A DNA stretch of 64,000 nt, taken from NCBI GenBank assembly GCA_019746225.1, contig JAIESE010000011.1:7-64006 (forward strand). The letters are read 5' to 3'. This document shows, in pieces, positions 35,902 through 45,292 of this stretch. The stretch's first letter is position 1; every line of letters starts with the position of its first letter. Source of the stretch: Alphaproteobacteria bacterium. Lineage in GTDB: Bacteria > Pseudomonadota > Alphaproteobacteria > Paracaedibacterales > VGCI01. The notes under the pieces are model-generated. The model saw only the letters and a list, made by a program, of their open reading frames with translations, was not told the origin of the DNA and did no database searches. Position numbers and translations under genes: made by a program.

Positions 35902-36843
35902 ATGAGCCACTATATGTCACAATTTTTCTTGTGCTTAACCTTTCTTCTTTCTCTGATTACCCCTCAAACCGTCGGCATGGAAGATTTTAGCCTTTATGCC
36001 GATAAAGCAGAAGCCCTAAAAACTAAAATTTTCCCAGGTAAGATTTTGGTCGATAGTCATGACGGAAAAACTTGTATTGACTATGCATCCGCAATCGTTC
36101 TGGGCCAGCCTGGGGAAACCCGAACAAGAACTGTTCTGAGTTGTGCTCATGTGATCAATGAGTCCAGAGAAAAAGACCCTCAATGCGTCTTTTGGTTTCA
36201 AGATCATACGGGGAAACTTCATTCAATTGAAACGGTTTCTCCTCTGTCGAGAGGGCCCATTATTGATGAGAAAAAAGATGTTGGGGTATTCCGGCTTTAT
36301 GATTTCATTGACTGCAATCCGTCTGTTGTCATATCACCGGAAACCTCAAAGTTGACAACTTTATCAACATTAAGTTATGGATGGTACTTCGATCCCAATA
36401 CCTACACTGTTTGGAATACAAAGCGCAAAACACCGTTCTGCGTTGAAAGTCAATTTCAGTTTTCTAAGAACACTTTCGTTCAACGATTTGAAGCTGATCG
36501 CGCAGTCCAAATATCCACAAAAGATATACCCGAAAAGAGATGCTTCGATCTTGGAAAACCTGGTTCCCCACCTCAAACCTGTTTGTACAGCAGTGGTTCC
36601 GCCTGGTATACGATAAACGGTGATACCATTACTCTTGCAGGCATAACGTCGACCATCAGCAATGTTGACCCACGTGATATTGCGGACTTTTCATTCGAAA
36701 CCCGACTGCACACCTCTAACTTTATGTTCTTTGGAATGGAGCGAACCTGTGAAGTGTTTAAACTCAGAAAAGTGCGTACTTTTGAGAATACCTTAACTTC
36801 GCTTGGGCACCTTTGTGAATCTATTTATGATCTGTGCAAATAA
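35902..36843 (+). CDS. orphan secreted protein with chymotrypsin-fold serine protease signature
   Basis: Start set at the ATG preceded by TAAGGAGG. Leader MSHYMSQFFLCLTFLLSLITPQTVG|MEDF. Candidate triad (track-ORF numbering) is H93 (LSCAHVI), D136 (KKDVGVFRL) and S241 (YSSGSAWYTINGDTITLAGITS). The His-Asp spacing is 43 aa. Confidence 0.65.
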   Translation: MSHYMSQFFLCLTFLLSLITPQTVGMEDFSLYADKAEALKTKIFPGKILVDSHDGKTCIDYASAIVLGQPGETRTRTVLSCAHVINESREKDPQCVFWFQDHTGKLHSIETVSPLSRGPIIDEKKDVGVFRLYDFIDCNPSVVISPETSKLTTLSTLSYGWYFDPNTYTVWNTKRKTPFCVESQFQFSKNTFVQRFEADRAVQISTKDIPEKRCFDLGKPGSPPQTCLYSSGSAWYTINGDTITLAGITSTISNVDPRDIADFSFETRLHTSNFMFFGMERTCEVFKLRKVRTFENTLTSLGHLCESIYDLCK

Positions 36844-36850
36844 AGTGGTT

Positions 36851-36884
36851 TAAAAAATCCCCCAGATCTCATGATCTGAGGGAT
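36851..36884 (-). terminator. Rho-independent terminator after the WH2-protein gene
   Basis: 12-bp stem atcccccagatc / gatctgagggat with one mismatch, loop tcat. On the minus strand it is followed by tttttt. Confidence 0.65.
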
Positions 36885-36923
36885 GTAAAAATTCATACTC
36901 TTTTTAGTTTTGTTCGCGAGTCA

Positions 36924-39047
36924 TCACTTAGGTGGCACGACCTTCCTAAGTTGTTTGCCTTTTTGAATATCACCAAAGAGTGCTGCAGGCGGCCTAATTG
37001 GCGCATCGTTCGCGGCAGCCCCGGGAGCACCATCACCACCTGGCGGAGGGGGAGGAGGTGGAGGAGGAGCACCATCACGTGGGGGATGAGCACCATCACC
37101 TTCCTCTACTTCTTTGGGGTGAGCTTTAAACACTTTACCAAATTTTCTTCCACCAGCAGGCGCCACTTTAACATGCTCAACTTCTTCTTTGCGAGGGGTA
37201 AACATCTTTATAATGATATGTCTGTTAGCCGGAAGAAGAGGAGTGTACAAATGGGGGTTAGCCTGAAGTGCACGAAGTCTATCAACAAGATTCTTGAAAA
37301 AGATCTGATCTGGCAAGTCACCCTTCGTTGCAATATGTATTGAAGCCAAGTGATAGACTATGGCCTCCAATTCATCCAAAGGTATGTTAACATAGTAACT
37401 GTTCACTTTGCCAAAATCCCCGCCAGTCAATTCTAATTTTTTATAATTATCATAATCAAATGTTAGAAGAAGCAAAAATGGACTTGTTTGTGCTTTTTGT
37501 TCATCAAAGCCCTTTGGATCCTTCTCCTTTGCTGGGGGTTTTAGATAATGATCAAAGCGGTTTTGCTGTGCATGGTATGTACGCAGTATTTCCTCTTCAA
37601 GCTCATGATAATCTATTTCCTTATCATCTTTGAGTCTTGTAGCAATAAAGCCTGCAGCTTCTGCTTTAACACGTCCAGGAATTGCGACTTTCACCTCTTT
37701 CCCATCTACCACTTTATCATAAGCCGTATGGAGGACTTCATTGAGAAGTCCTGTGACTTGGGTTGGATCATATTTTTGAAGTCTACGCTTTCTAGTAATA
37801 TCTACGTATAGGGCTGCTAAATCATCTAAAGTCGCATACTTAAGATAACCCGCAAATGTTGGAGCATTGTTCTTCGACCACGTCGGATCTCTTAATTTGT
37901 CTTTAGCTGTATAGACAAGAACCAAAATGGGATGTTCCTGAAGAAATGCTTCGTCTGGCACTTTTCCCAATTTTGCCAGAGCGGCTTCACCTCTAGGAAT
38001 TATAATTGTAGTCTCATTATGAGCAATTCTTCTATTGTTCATCTTCACAAAGTATTCTTTTAATCTTCCCTGCTCTTGAAGGTCCCCAAAAAGTTTTATT
38101 AATTGTTCCTGACGGACAGAACCATTCTCAGAATTTGCCAATTCTACTGAATAAAGATCAATTAATTTTGAAATATCTTCATCCCCTGGCCTCTCAAATA
38201 AGAACTCTTCTAAGCCATCTTTAAGACGTTTAGGGTCAATCTTGGGAGTTTCTAAGACAGCCTTAATGTCACCCAGAGCCTTCTCAACCGCCGCAGATGA
38301 TGCGGGTGCAGCAGCGCCTCCAGCCTTAAGAAGAGCAATCTCCCTACGAAGTTCATTAATGATGGCATCTTTTTCATCCGCACTTAATGGCTTACCGCCT
38401 TCACCACCTGTCTTGGCATTCGCGAGCCTTGCTTCAAGATCCTGAATTTTACCTTCAAAGGCTTCCTTTTCAGCTGCACCCATCCCACCATGACCGCCAG
38501 CAAGAGACAATTTTCCTGTCGCTCCTTGGGCTCCGCGCGCTCTTTGAATCTCTCCTTCAACGTGTTCAATTTCTGCTTCCAACCCTTGGAGTTGTTCAGC
38601 AGACAAGGCTCTGCCCTCTTGATTCACCTTTCTCCGGTGAAATCCTTGCAACTCATGTAGGTGTGCTTCTAAATGAGCGAGCGCATCATGAGCCCGGGGG
38701 GAGCCCATGGTGGCTTCCCCTTTACCCTTATCTCTTCCTCCTTGGGACACTTTCTGTCCTTGACCCCTTTTACCACCGCCAGTGATGAGATCATTGTATT
38801 CTTGGACCGCTTCTGGTGCATCTCTGTAATCTCTTGGCCATTTTCTTATAATTTGCTTTGCTTCTTGATCACCACTAGCCGCTCTTGCTTCTAATTCGTG
38901 AAAGGCCCTATTTGACTCTGGCCGAGTAGCACCTGGTATGGATACTGGAGTTCGCCCGCCCCTTTGCATAGAATAGGAAGGATTTTCACTTAATATTAAA
39001 GTCACAAGACTTGTTGCAACCAACATTGAAATCTTAAATTTATTCAT
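36924..39047 (-). CDS. secreted coiled-coil protein with C-terminal polyproline + WH2 actin-binding motif (effector candidate)
   Basis: 707 aa. GGAG SD. Signal peptide MNKFKISMLVATSLVTLILSENPSYS. An N-terminal Gly/Glu/Lys-rich coiled-coil region is followed by a central domain I do not recognise. The C-terminus is GAPPPPPPPPPGGDGAPG...PPAALFGDIQKGKQLRKVVPPK. Confidence 0.8.
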   Translation of the reverse strand: MNKFKISMLVATSLVTLILSENPSYSMQRGGRTPVSIPGATRPESNRAFHELEARAASGDQEAKQIIRKWPRDYRDAPEAVQEYNDLITGGGKRGQGQKVSQGGRDKGKGEATMGSPRAHDALAHLEAHLHELQGFHRRKVNQEGRALSAEQLQGLEAEIEHVEGEIQRARGAQGATGKLSLAGGHGGMGAAEKEAFEGKIQDLEARLANAKTGGEGGKPLSADEKDAIINELRREIALLKAGGAAAPASSAAVEKALGDIKAVLETPKIDPKRLKDGLEEFLFERPGDEDISKLIDLYSVELANSENGSVRQEQLIKLFGDLQEQGRLKEYFVKMNNRRIAHNETTIIIPRGEAALAKLGKVPDEAFLQEHPILVLVYTAKDKLRDPTWSKNNAPTFAGYLKYATLDDLAALYVDITRKRRLQKYDPTQVTGLLNEVLHTAYDKVVDGKEVKVAIPGRVKAEAAGFIATRLKDDKEIDYHELEEEILRTYHAQQNRFDHYLKPPAKEKDPKGFDEQKAQTSPFLLLLTFDYDNYKKLELTGGDFGKVNSYYVNIPLDELEAIVYHLASIHIATKGDLPDQIFFKNLVDRLRALQANPHLYTPLLPANRHIIIKMFTPRKEEVEHVKVAPAGGRKFGKVFKAHPKEVEEGDGAHPPRDGAPPPPPPPPPGGDGAPGAAANDAPIRPPAALFGDIQKGKQLRKVVPPK

Positions 39048-39150
39048 CTTATCTCTACTCCATTGGGTTCATCGACCTACTGTCAGCATAACAGTGAATG
39101 ATTAGCAATTTATTAACATAACTGTAAAACAAAGTTTTTTGAATTTAAGT

Positions 39151-39177
39151 TTAAGAAAAGAGCCATTCCAGGCTCTT
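39151..39177 (-). terminator. Rho-independent terminator after the OMP gene
   Basis: Minus-strand stem aagagcc / ggctctt, loop tggaat, followed by ttcttaaac. Confidence 0.55.
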
Positions 39178-39192
39178 TCCTCCTCCTAAAGG

Positions 39193-39966
39193 CTAGAACA
39201 AATAAGCAAATCCAATTGATCCGGCATAAATTTTTGGTTTGGCTGTATAACCGAGTGTCGTTAGCCCCGGCGTTCCATTGGTTGTTGTAATGGCATCAAC
39301 AAAATTCTTTCTTCCATAATTTACGCCTTTGAAATCCAAGCTTACTTTGAAAGATCCCATCTGCTTTTCAAAGCCAATCCCCCACAACAACCCTGTGAAA
39401 CTCTTGTTTGTTCGAACCGTAGATGTATTCGTGTCGGGGATACCCACATCTTTTGTCATTGACCGTGTTATGGAGAAATTACCAACATCAAGACCCGCAG
39501 ATATATAGACCGTGTAAGTTTGGTAAAATTTATAGCCTGCTTTCAACAAAGCTCCATAAAATGACTTTCTTTGCAATAATGAGCTATAGGTTCTGTTATC
39601 GGCTGGAACTGGAAAGTTATCCACATAATTAACTCTAAATGTAGATTCTCTATCGCCTTTCCCAATATAGATTTCAGGGGCTAAATAAAAAGGTAGAGTT
39701 GGAATGTTCCAAAGAATACCTGTCATCCCAGTGATAACTGTCCCCTTATTCGATGAAGGAAATGAAGATTTATCGGCAAACACTCTATTTTCTTCTGGCG
39801 CAGCATTGACGGCAAAGCTATCACTGTGAAATCCACTAAGCTGTTCAATACCCCCTGACACGCCTGCATAAAATTCCACAAGTTTTGGGCAAGGGGTGGC
39901 TTGCGCAGTCTCCACCATTCCATATCCACACAAGGCTGCTACAATAAGTGATAATTTACGATTCAT
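39193..39966 (-). CDS. outer-membrane beta-barrel protein (OmpA-like/Omp25-type barrel)
   Basis: Signal peptide MNRKLSLIVAALCGYGMVETAQA. Alternating beta-strand pattern with a C-terminal ...IGFAYLF ending in Phe. The start could be 39981. Confidence 0.75.
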   Translation of the reverse strand: MNRKLSLIVAALCGYGMVETAQATPCPKLVEFYAGVSGGIEQLSGFHSDSFAVNAAPEENRVFADKSSFPSSNKGTVITGMTGILWNIPTLPFYLAPEIYIGKGDRESTFRVNYVDNFPVPADNRTYSSLLQRKSFYGALLKAGYKFYQTYTVYISAGLDVGNFSITRSMTKDVGIPDTNTSTVRTNKSFTGLLWGIGFEKQMGSFKVSLDFKGVNYGRKNFVDAITTTNGTPGLTTLGYTAKPKIYAGSIGFAYLF

Positions 39967-40324
39967 AAGGACCCCCATCAATAAACTAAAATTATACTAA
40001 AAGTTTCTATAATTAGCTTAAGAATGATTATACCCTTTGTAAAGAGGGTTAGTGATTAGAAGAAATGATCGTACTTCACCAGAACATTAGCTGAAACACT
40101 CATTTATTGAGAAAGAACCTTTTATTACTATTGTGGCTATTAGATCACAATATAATAATTTATAGGGAATATTACATTCGTAATGAAGTTATGAAGAGTC
40201 ATTCAAATAGGTAGCACAGAATAGTGAGTACCGATCTTCACTTCCCTTGCGCTTTGTTGAATAACAGCTCTTATCTAACCTTTACCAACGATCCCCTAGC
40301 CTCGTCAGCGACACCCGGCGTCTC

Positions 40325-42397
40325 CTACCCCTCGATCTTAGAAAAATCTGCAACCAGTGATGTTTCCGTTACAAATTTACCTAAAAGTTGCAAGCGATTC
40401 TGACGCACTTTAGGATCTTCATCATTGATCTTCAGCTCAAAGAAGGCATCAACTTCTGGCCTCAAGGCGGCTAACTCTCTCATGAGTTTAACATAATCAT
40501 GGGTCTTTAAAGCTTCTGCTCGAGTTATGTGAATTTTCTCTAACCTCTTGTAAAGATTTAATTCCTGAGGTTGAGAAGGTAAAGTATCATTATACTGGCC
40601 ACCTGTATATTGTATGCTATCTCTTTTCTGTTCCTCCTGCAGGATCCCATTGGCACGTCGGAACCCAGCGAGCAATGCTTGACCATCCTTCGTTTCAACA
40701 AGATCTTGTAAGGCTTTTGCGCGATTTGTAATGACCCAGATGTTATCATGGCTATAGTCTTCCCGGCTGCCCTCAGTCACGGCTGTGACATAATCATGGC
40801 GAATGCCCTCAGCGCGTAAAGCCACTTTCAAGCGGTCGATAATAAAATCGAGAACAGTTTTCGTCAAATCAGCCTTCAAAGAAATGCCTTGATTCGTATA
40901 GCCAAGAACCGCCGCATCACATAAAGGTTCTAGTTGAAGCTTTTCCAAGTCATTCTCACGGATCAACCGTATGATTCCCAAGGCCGCACGACGCAAAGCA
41001 AATGGATCCTTGGATCCAGTCGGTTCTTCACCAATGCCAAAGAACCCGATCAAAGAATCCAGCTTATCCGCCAACCCCAAGGCGATGCTCAAGGGGGCAC
41101 TGGGACAAGAATCATTGGGCCCTTGAGGCTGATAATGTTCACGTATAGCTGCCGCGACATCAGGAAATTCGCCTTGGGCGGTTGCATATATCTCCCCCAT
41201 TACCCCTTGAAGTTCCGGAAATTCACCAACCATGGAAGTGAGCAAATCTGCCTTTGCCAAGGTAGCGGCACGCGTCTCTGCGTCTGGAGCTCCTTGAGCG
41301 GTCATCAGTATTTTTAGGCGGGCGCATTTCTGGTCAAGAGTTCCAAGTTTCGCTTGGAAGACGATGGTGTTGAGACGCCTTGAAAACTCTTCCAACGGTA
41401 TTTTTACATCATGATCAAAGAAGAATGCCGCATCACTTAAGCGCGCCCGCAATACCCGCTCATAGCCCGCAATCATTTTCGTTCCACCATCAGCCCCTTT
41501 TGTATTGGCAATGACGCCAAAGTAAGGGGCAATCTTGCCGTCCTTATCCATGACGGTAAAATATTTTTGATGGACCCGCATGGACGTGGATAAAACCGCC
41601 GGCGGCAGACTCATGAACTGGGACTCGATTTTCCCCAAAAGCGGAACAGGATACTCCACCAATCCGGCCACCTCTTGAAGTAGACCTTGATCCGGCTGAA
41701 CATGAAGCCCCTTTTGATGGGCCGAGGCTTCCAGGCCTTCCCAAATAAGGGTTTGGCGAACTTGATGGTCTAAAATCACAAAGGCCTTTTCCAATTTTGC
41801 TTGATAATCGGCAAACGATGAAACCTCAAACACGTCTGGCTTCAAGAACCGATGACCTTGGGTTGTATTACCCGTAACAAGCCCCATGGTCGGCAATTCA
41901 AAAGACAAAACTTTACCCCCAAATAGGGTGATCACAGAGCGCACAGCGCGGACCCAGAATTGGGATTTGGCCCCCCCTTCCAACGCCCAAAACATGGACT
42001 TCGGCCAAACAATTTTTGAAAATACAGCTTGAACGATTTCTGGCAAAACATCTTGAGTCTGCTGGGATTGCGTTTCAATGCGGGCATAGTAATAGCCGTC
42101 CCGTTGTTCGCAAGCCTCTAAGGTTGTCCCAGCTGCTTTTAGAAACCCTTGAATCGCGCCTTCTGGTGCCCCAACTTTGGGGCCCCTACGATCTTCTATG
42201 GTGCCTTTCGTTGCTTCTATTAAGTCTCTTACAACGCCCACCAATCGCCGTGGCGTAACAAAAGTCTCTATTCCAGAAAAGGTGAGGCCACGGGCTTTAA
42301 GTTCATCTTCCAATATTTTCTTTAAATCATCACTTGCCCGAAGTTGCATGCGCGCTGGAATTTCTTCGGAAAAGATTTCAAGGAAAAATTCAGCCAT
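40325..42397 (-). CDS. glyS: glycine--tRNA ligase beta subunit
   Basis: Start trimmed to MAEFFLEIFSEEIPARMQ, the canonical GlyS N-terminus. ~690 aa. Directly downstream of glyQ. Confidence 0.93.
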   Translation of the reverse strand: MAEFFLEIFSEEIPARMQLRASDDLKKILEDELKARGLTFSGIETFVTPRRLVGVVRDLIEATKGTIEDRRGPKVGAPEGAIQGFLKAAGTTLEACEQRDGYYYARIETQSQQTQDVLPEIVQAVFSKIVWPKSMFWALEGGAKSQFWVRAVRSVITLFGGKVLSFELPTMGLVTGNTTQGHRFLKPDVFEVSSFADYQAKLEKAFVILDHQVRQTLIWEGLEASAHQKGLHVQPDQGLLQEVAGLVEYPVPLLGKIESQFMSLPPAVLSTSMRVHQKYFTVMDKDGKIAPYFGVIANTKGADGGTKMIAGYERVLRARLSDAAFFFDHDVKIPLEEFSRRLNTIVFQAKLGTLDQKCARLKILMTAQGAPDAETRAATLAKADLLTSMVGEFPELQGVMGEIYATAQGEFPDVAAAIREHYQPQGPNDSCPSAPLSIALGLADKLDSLIGFFGIGEEPTGSKDPFALRRAALGIIRLIRENDLEKLQLEPLCDAAVLGYTNQGISLKADLTKTVLDFIIDRLKVALRAEGIRHDYVTAVTEGSREDYSHDNIWVITNRAKALQDLVETKDGQALLAGFRRANGILQEEQKRDSIQYTGGQYNDTLPSQPQELNLYKRLEKIHITRAEALKTHDYVKLMRELAALRPEVDAFFELKINDEDPKVRQNRLQLLGKFVTETSLVADFSKIEG

Positions 42398-42399
42398 GG

Positions 42400-43281
42400 T
42401 TACGCGCCCTCCTGGGTCGTGTTGACCCATATGTCACAACAACCCTTGGCTAATGTTCGCACACGCCCGATATAGCTTGCGCGTTCGGTTACACTAATCA
42501 CACCCCGAGCATCCAGAAGGTTAAACAAATGGCTGGCCTTGATACATTGATCATAAGCTGGCAAAGCCAGGTTCAGCTTCAATAACGCGGTGCATTCTTG
42601 TTCAGCGTCTTTAAAATGCTGGAGCAAAAGGGTCGTATCAGCATGGACAAAGTTATAAGCAGAAAACTCGATCTCGCCGCGCCGAGAGACATCCTTGTAG
42701 GTGAGCTTTTTGTCCCCATCCGCACCGTTCCAATCCAATAAAAAGAAGTCATCCACATTTTGAACATTTAGGGCAACGCGTTCTAAACCATAAGTAATTT
42801 CAACAGGCACGACGGCGCACTCAATGCCGCCCACTTGTTGAAAGTACGTAAACTGACTGATTTCCATACCGTCACACCAGACTTCCCACCCCAAGCCAGC
42901 AGCACCCAAGGTTGGACTCTCCCAGTCATCTTCCACAAATCGAATATCATGATTTTCAATATCGATCCCAAGATATTTCAAACTATCTAAATAGAGTTGT
43001 TGGCAGTCGCTGGGACCAGGTTTCATGATGACTTGAAATTGGTAATAATACTGGGTGCGATTTGGATTTTCCCCATAGCGCCCATCGGTGGGGCGGCGGG
43101 AGGGTTGCACGTAAGCAGCATTCCAAGTCTCAGGTCCAAGCGCCCGCAACGTCGTGGCTGGGTGAAAGGTCCCCGCCCCCACTTCAACATCGTAAGGTTG
43201 CAAAATCGCACATCCCCAATTGGCCCAATACTGTTGTAAATCCAGGATTATTTGCTGAAATGACTTCGGCTTTGATGCCAT
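42400..43281 (-). CDS. glyQ: glycine--tRNA ligase alpha subunit
   Basis: 293 aa. [24 protein letters not shown]...GAGTFHPAT is the canonical GlyQ sequence. Confidence 0.95.
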   Translation of the reverse strand: MASKPKSFQQIILDLQQYWANWGCAILQPYDVEVGAGTFHPATTLRALGPETWNAAYVQPSRRPTDGRYGENPNRTQYYYQFQVIMKPGPSDCQQLYLDSLKYLGIDIENHDIRFVEDDWESPTLGAAGLGWEVWCDGMEISQFTYFQQVGGIECAVVPVEITYGLERVALNVQNVDDFFLLDWNGADGDKKLTYKDVSRRGEIEFSAYNFVHADTTLLLQHFKDAEQECTALLKLNLALPAYDQCIKASHLFNLLDARGVISVTERASYIGRVRTLAKGCCDIWVNTTQEGA

Positions 43282-43488
43282 CTTAAACCTCGAGTTCGAG
43301 TAGCTGTTGTACTTCCTTTTAACCTAGTCAAGCGGAGGATAAGGGTCAAGGAGAATCCAAATATTGAATTTATTAAATCAACTTGAGCAAATTTCCTTGA
43401 GAAAATGGATCTTTTCTTGACATTTTAGCATTTTTATATATTTTCAAAGGTAAATAAATTCCAAAAATTTCTTCTGGAGGTTGCTAAA

Positions 43489-44637
43489 ATGAACCATATA
43501 CCCCACATCAATCGGAGACTTTTCAACGTACTGGTCTGCCTTTCTTTCTCCATGCTTTTTATATTGTCTTCCAGCATTAGTGGAATGGATTCAACTGAAA
43601 AACGTGTCCTCATTCAACTTCCGAATGCTTCTCAGAAATTTAAGGAATTTTGTGTCGACCCCAATTTAAGAACCTTACCAGAAGTTAAATTTCGTGAAAA
43701 ACTCCTTAACCTTGCAAAGGAAGGAGATGCCTCTGCTGCCCATAATGTTTGGCATCGATGCAAACATTTGTCCTTGGAGGAGCAAGTAAAGGAACTGCGA
43801 AAAATTGCCTCTGAGAAGAATCCCTATGCATGTAGCGCTCTTGCATTTTGTCTTTCCGACTTAAAGAACCCTGAATGCCTAAAATGGTTTCGTATATTTG
43901 ATTTGAATCCGACAGAAAAGGATCCCGAATTTCGAGGGAACTATGCGTTAGCAATCCTCCATTTGAAACACCCTTTAGAGACGGAAGGCCTTAAAGAGAT
44001 TTGGAGACTTCTGAAAGAATGGCAAGAGGTTGATGGTAAAGAGTCTGACCGTTATCTTGGCGAAATATATAAACTTCTCACTTCAACTGCTGTACGAGCA
44101 AAAGAGAAAAAGTTTATCTGCGATCTATACATGTGGGGGAGAGCGAAAAATGATGTCCATATTTATGCTGGCATATTGGAAGCTATAGAAAATACTGAGT
44201 ATGCAGACATCATCATTCAAAGAACGCAGGAAGTCCCATTCGTAGTTTACAAAGGAGCTGGCCTCAGTAACCTCGAACGATTCAATAAACTAGCCATCGC
44301 TTATGTGACACGTAATGCTGGTAATAAGGAGACTGTGAAAGATATCGTGGGCGGAAATTTGGGCGGCTTGCTGCAAGATCCTGTCGTGAGGGATATTCCC
44401 AAGAAGCCAGAAAATGCGAAGTATTTTAAAAACTTTGACCTCATGGCACCCTCAGAAAAGCACTTGATATCTTGGGCGCGTCTTATCATCAATAATAGAG
44501 GTCATCGTGCCAAATTAGTTGACGTATCTGACCGAAAACTCGCGGTTCAAGACATGGCCTCTAATATTAAGCCTGAAGTCCTTCAGGATTATGTTGTCAG
44601 CGCCTTTAAGGAGATTTTCGCCATCGATGATGACTAG
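43489..44637 (+). CDS. orphan secreted protein with degenerate Sel1-like/TPR-like helical repeats (hypothetical)
   Basis: 382 aa. GGAGG SD. Leader MNHIPHINRRLFNVLVCLSFSMLFILSSSISG|MDST. Helical segments such as LAKEGDASAAHNVWHRC and IASEKNPYACSALAFCL resemble Sel1-like repeats. Confidence 0.65.
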   Translation: MNHIPHINRRLFNVLVCLSFSMLFILSSSISGMDSTEKRVLIQLPNASQKFKEFCVDPNLRTLPEVKFREKLLNLAKEGDASAAHNVWHRCKHLSLEEQVKELRKIASEKNPYACSALAFCLSDLKNPECLKWFRIFDLNPTEKDPEFRGNYALAILHLKHPLETEGLKEIWRLLKEWQEVDGKESDRYLGEIYKLLTSTAVRAKEKKFICDLYMWGRAKNDVHIYAGILEAIENTEYADIIIQRTQEVPFVVYKGAGLSNLERFNKLAIAYVTRNAGNKETVKDIVGGNLGGLLQDPVVRDIPKKPENAKYFKNFDLMAPSEKHLISWARLIINNRGHRAKLVDVSDRKLAVQDMASNIKPEVLQDYVVSAFKEIFAIDDD

Positions 44638-44713
44638 GGTTAAGAAAGTTAAGATTGACTTGTTCTGACTCCCCAGGTTTACGCCATCGGGGAAGTTGGA
44701 TATACTGAATTCC

Positions 44714-45292
44714 ATGACTGAACTTCCCCTCCTGGCCGTTGCAAACTTTACCCAAATAAAAGGCGGAAGACATTTATTTGAGAATTTGTCATTTGAAGTA
44801 ATGGCTGGCCAACTGGTTGTTATAAAGGGCCCTAATGGATCCGGCAAGACGACGCTCCTTCGCTGTTTGGCTGGGATTCCGGATGCCTATCCGGGAATCA
44901 TCAAATCACCTGACATAACCACAAGCTATGTGGGGCATTTAAATGCTTTGAAACCACGTCTCACTGTTTACCAAAATCTTCTCCAGCAAACCAGCGCTAC
45001 TCTTGATCAAGTGACAACAACCTTACGGACCAGGGATTTGTTGCCACTACAGGATCGGGAAGTGCGCACCTTATCTGTCGGACAAAGACGTCAAATTGCC
45101 CTGGCACGGCTGCCTTTATCGGGTGCTAAACTCTGGTTAGTAGATGAGCCAACTACCCACCTTGATGCGGCCGCAACCGCGCAATTCTGGTCTACCCTTG
45201 AGGCGCATCTCACCGCAGGCGGCGCTTGTGTCTTAACATCTCATACCTCTGTTCCTTTACCTGAAGCAACCGTGGTGACTCTTGATGAATAA
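44714..45292 (+). CDS. ccmA: heme exporter ATP-binding protein CcmA
   Basis: Walker A GPNGSGKTT, ABC signature LSVGQRRQ, Walker B LWLVDEP. The short (~190 aa) length is typical of CcmA. Alternative TTG start at 44696. Confidence 0.88.
   Translation: MTELPLLAVANFTQIKGGRHLFENLSFEVMAGQLVVIKGPNGSGKTTLLRCLAGIPDAYPGIIKSPDITTSYVGHLNALKPRLTVYQNLLQQTSATLDQVTTTLRTRDLLPLQDREVRTLSVGQRRQIALARLPLSGAKLWLVDEPTTHLDAAATAQFWSTLEAHLTAGGACVLTSHTSVPLPEATVVTLDE

Noticed and set aside
36924-37100. Classifying the WH2 protein as a RickA/WASP-type Arp2/3 activator
   Set aside because: No connector or acidic (DDW-type) tail follows the WH2 motif, and the protein ends 6 residues after LRKV. Only a WH2 plus polyproline call is supported.
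36834-37343. 169-aa plus-strand ORF (…RRGRRWRRS…)
   Set aside because: It is antisense to the polyproline/WH2 region of the 707-aa gene. Its Arg/Gly/Trp run is the reverse complement of the CCN proline codons.
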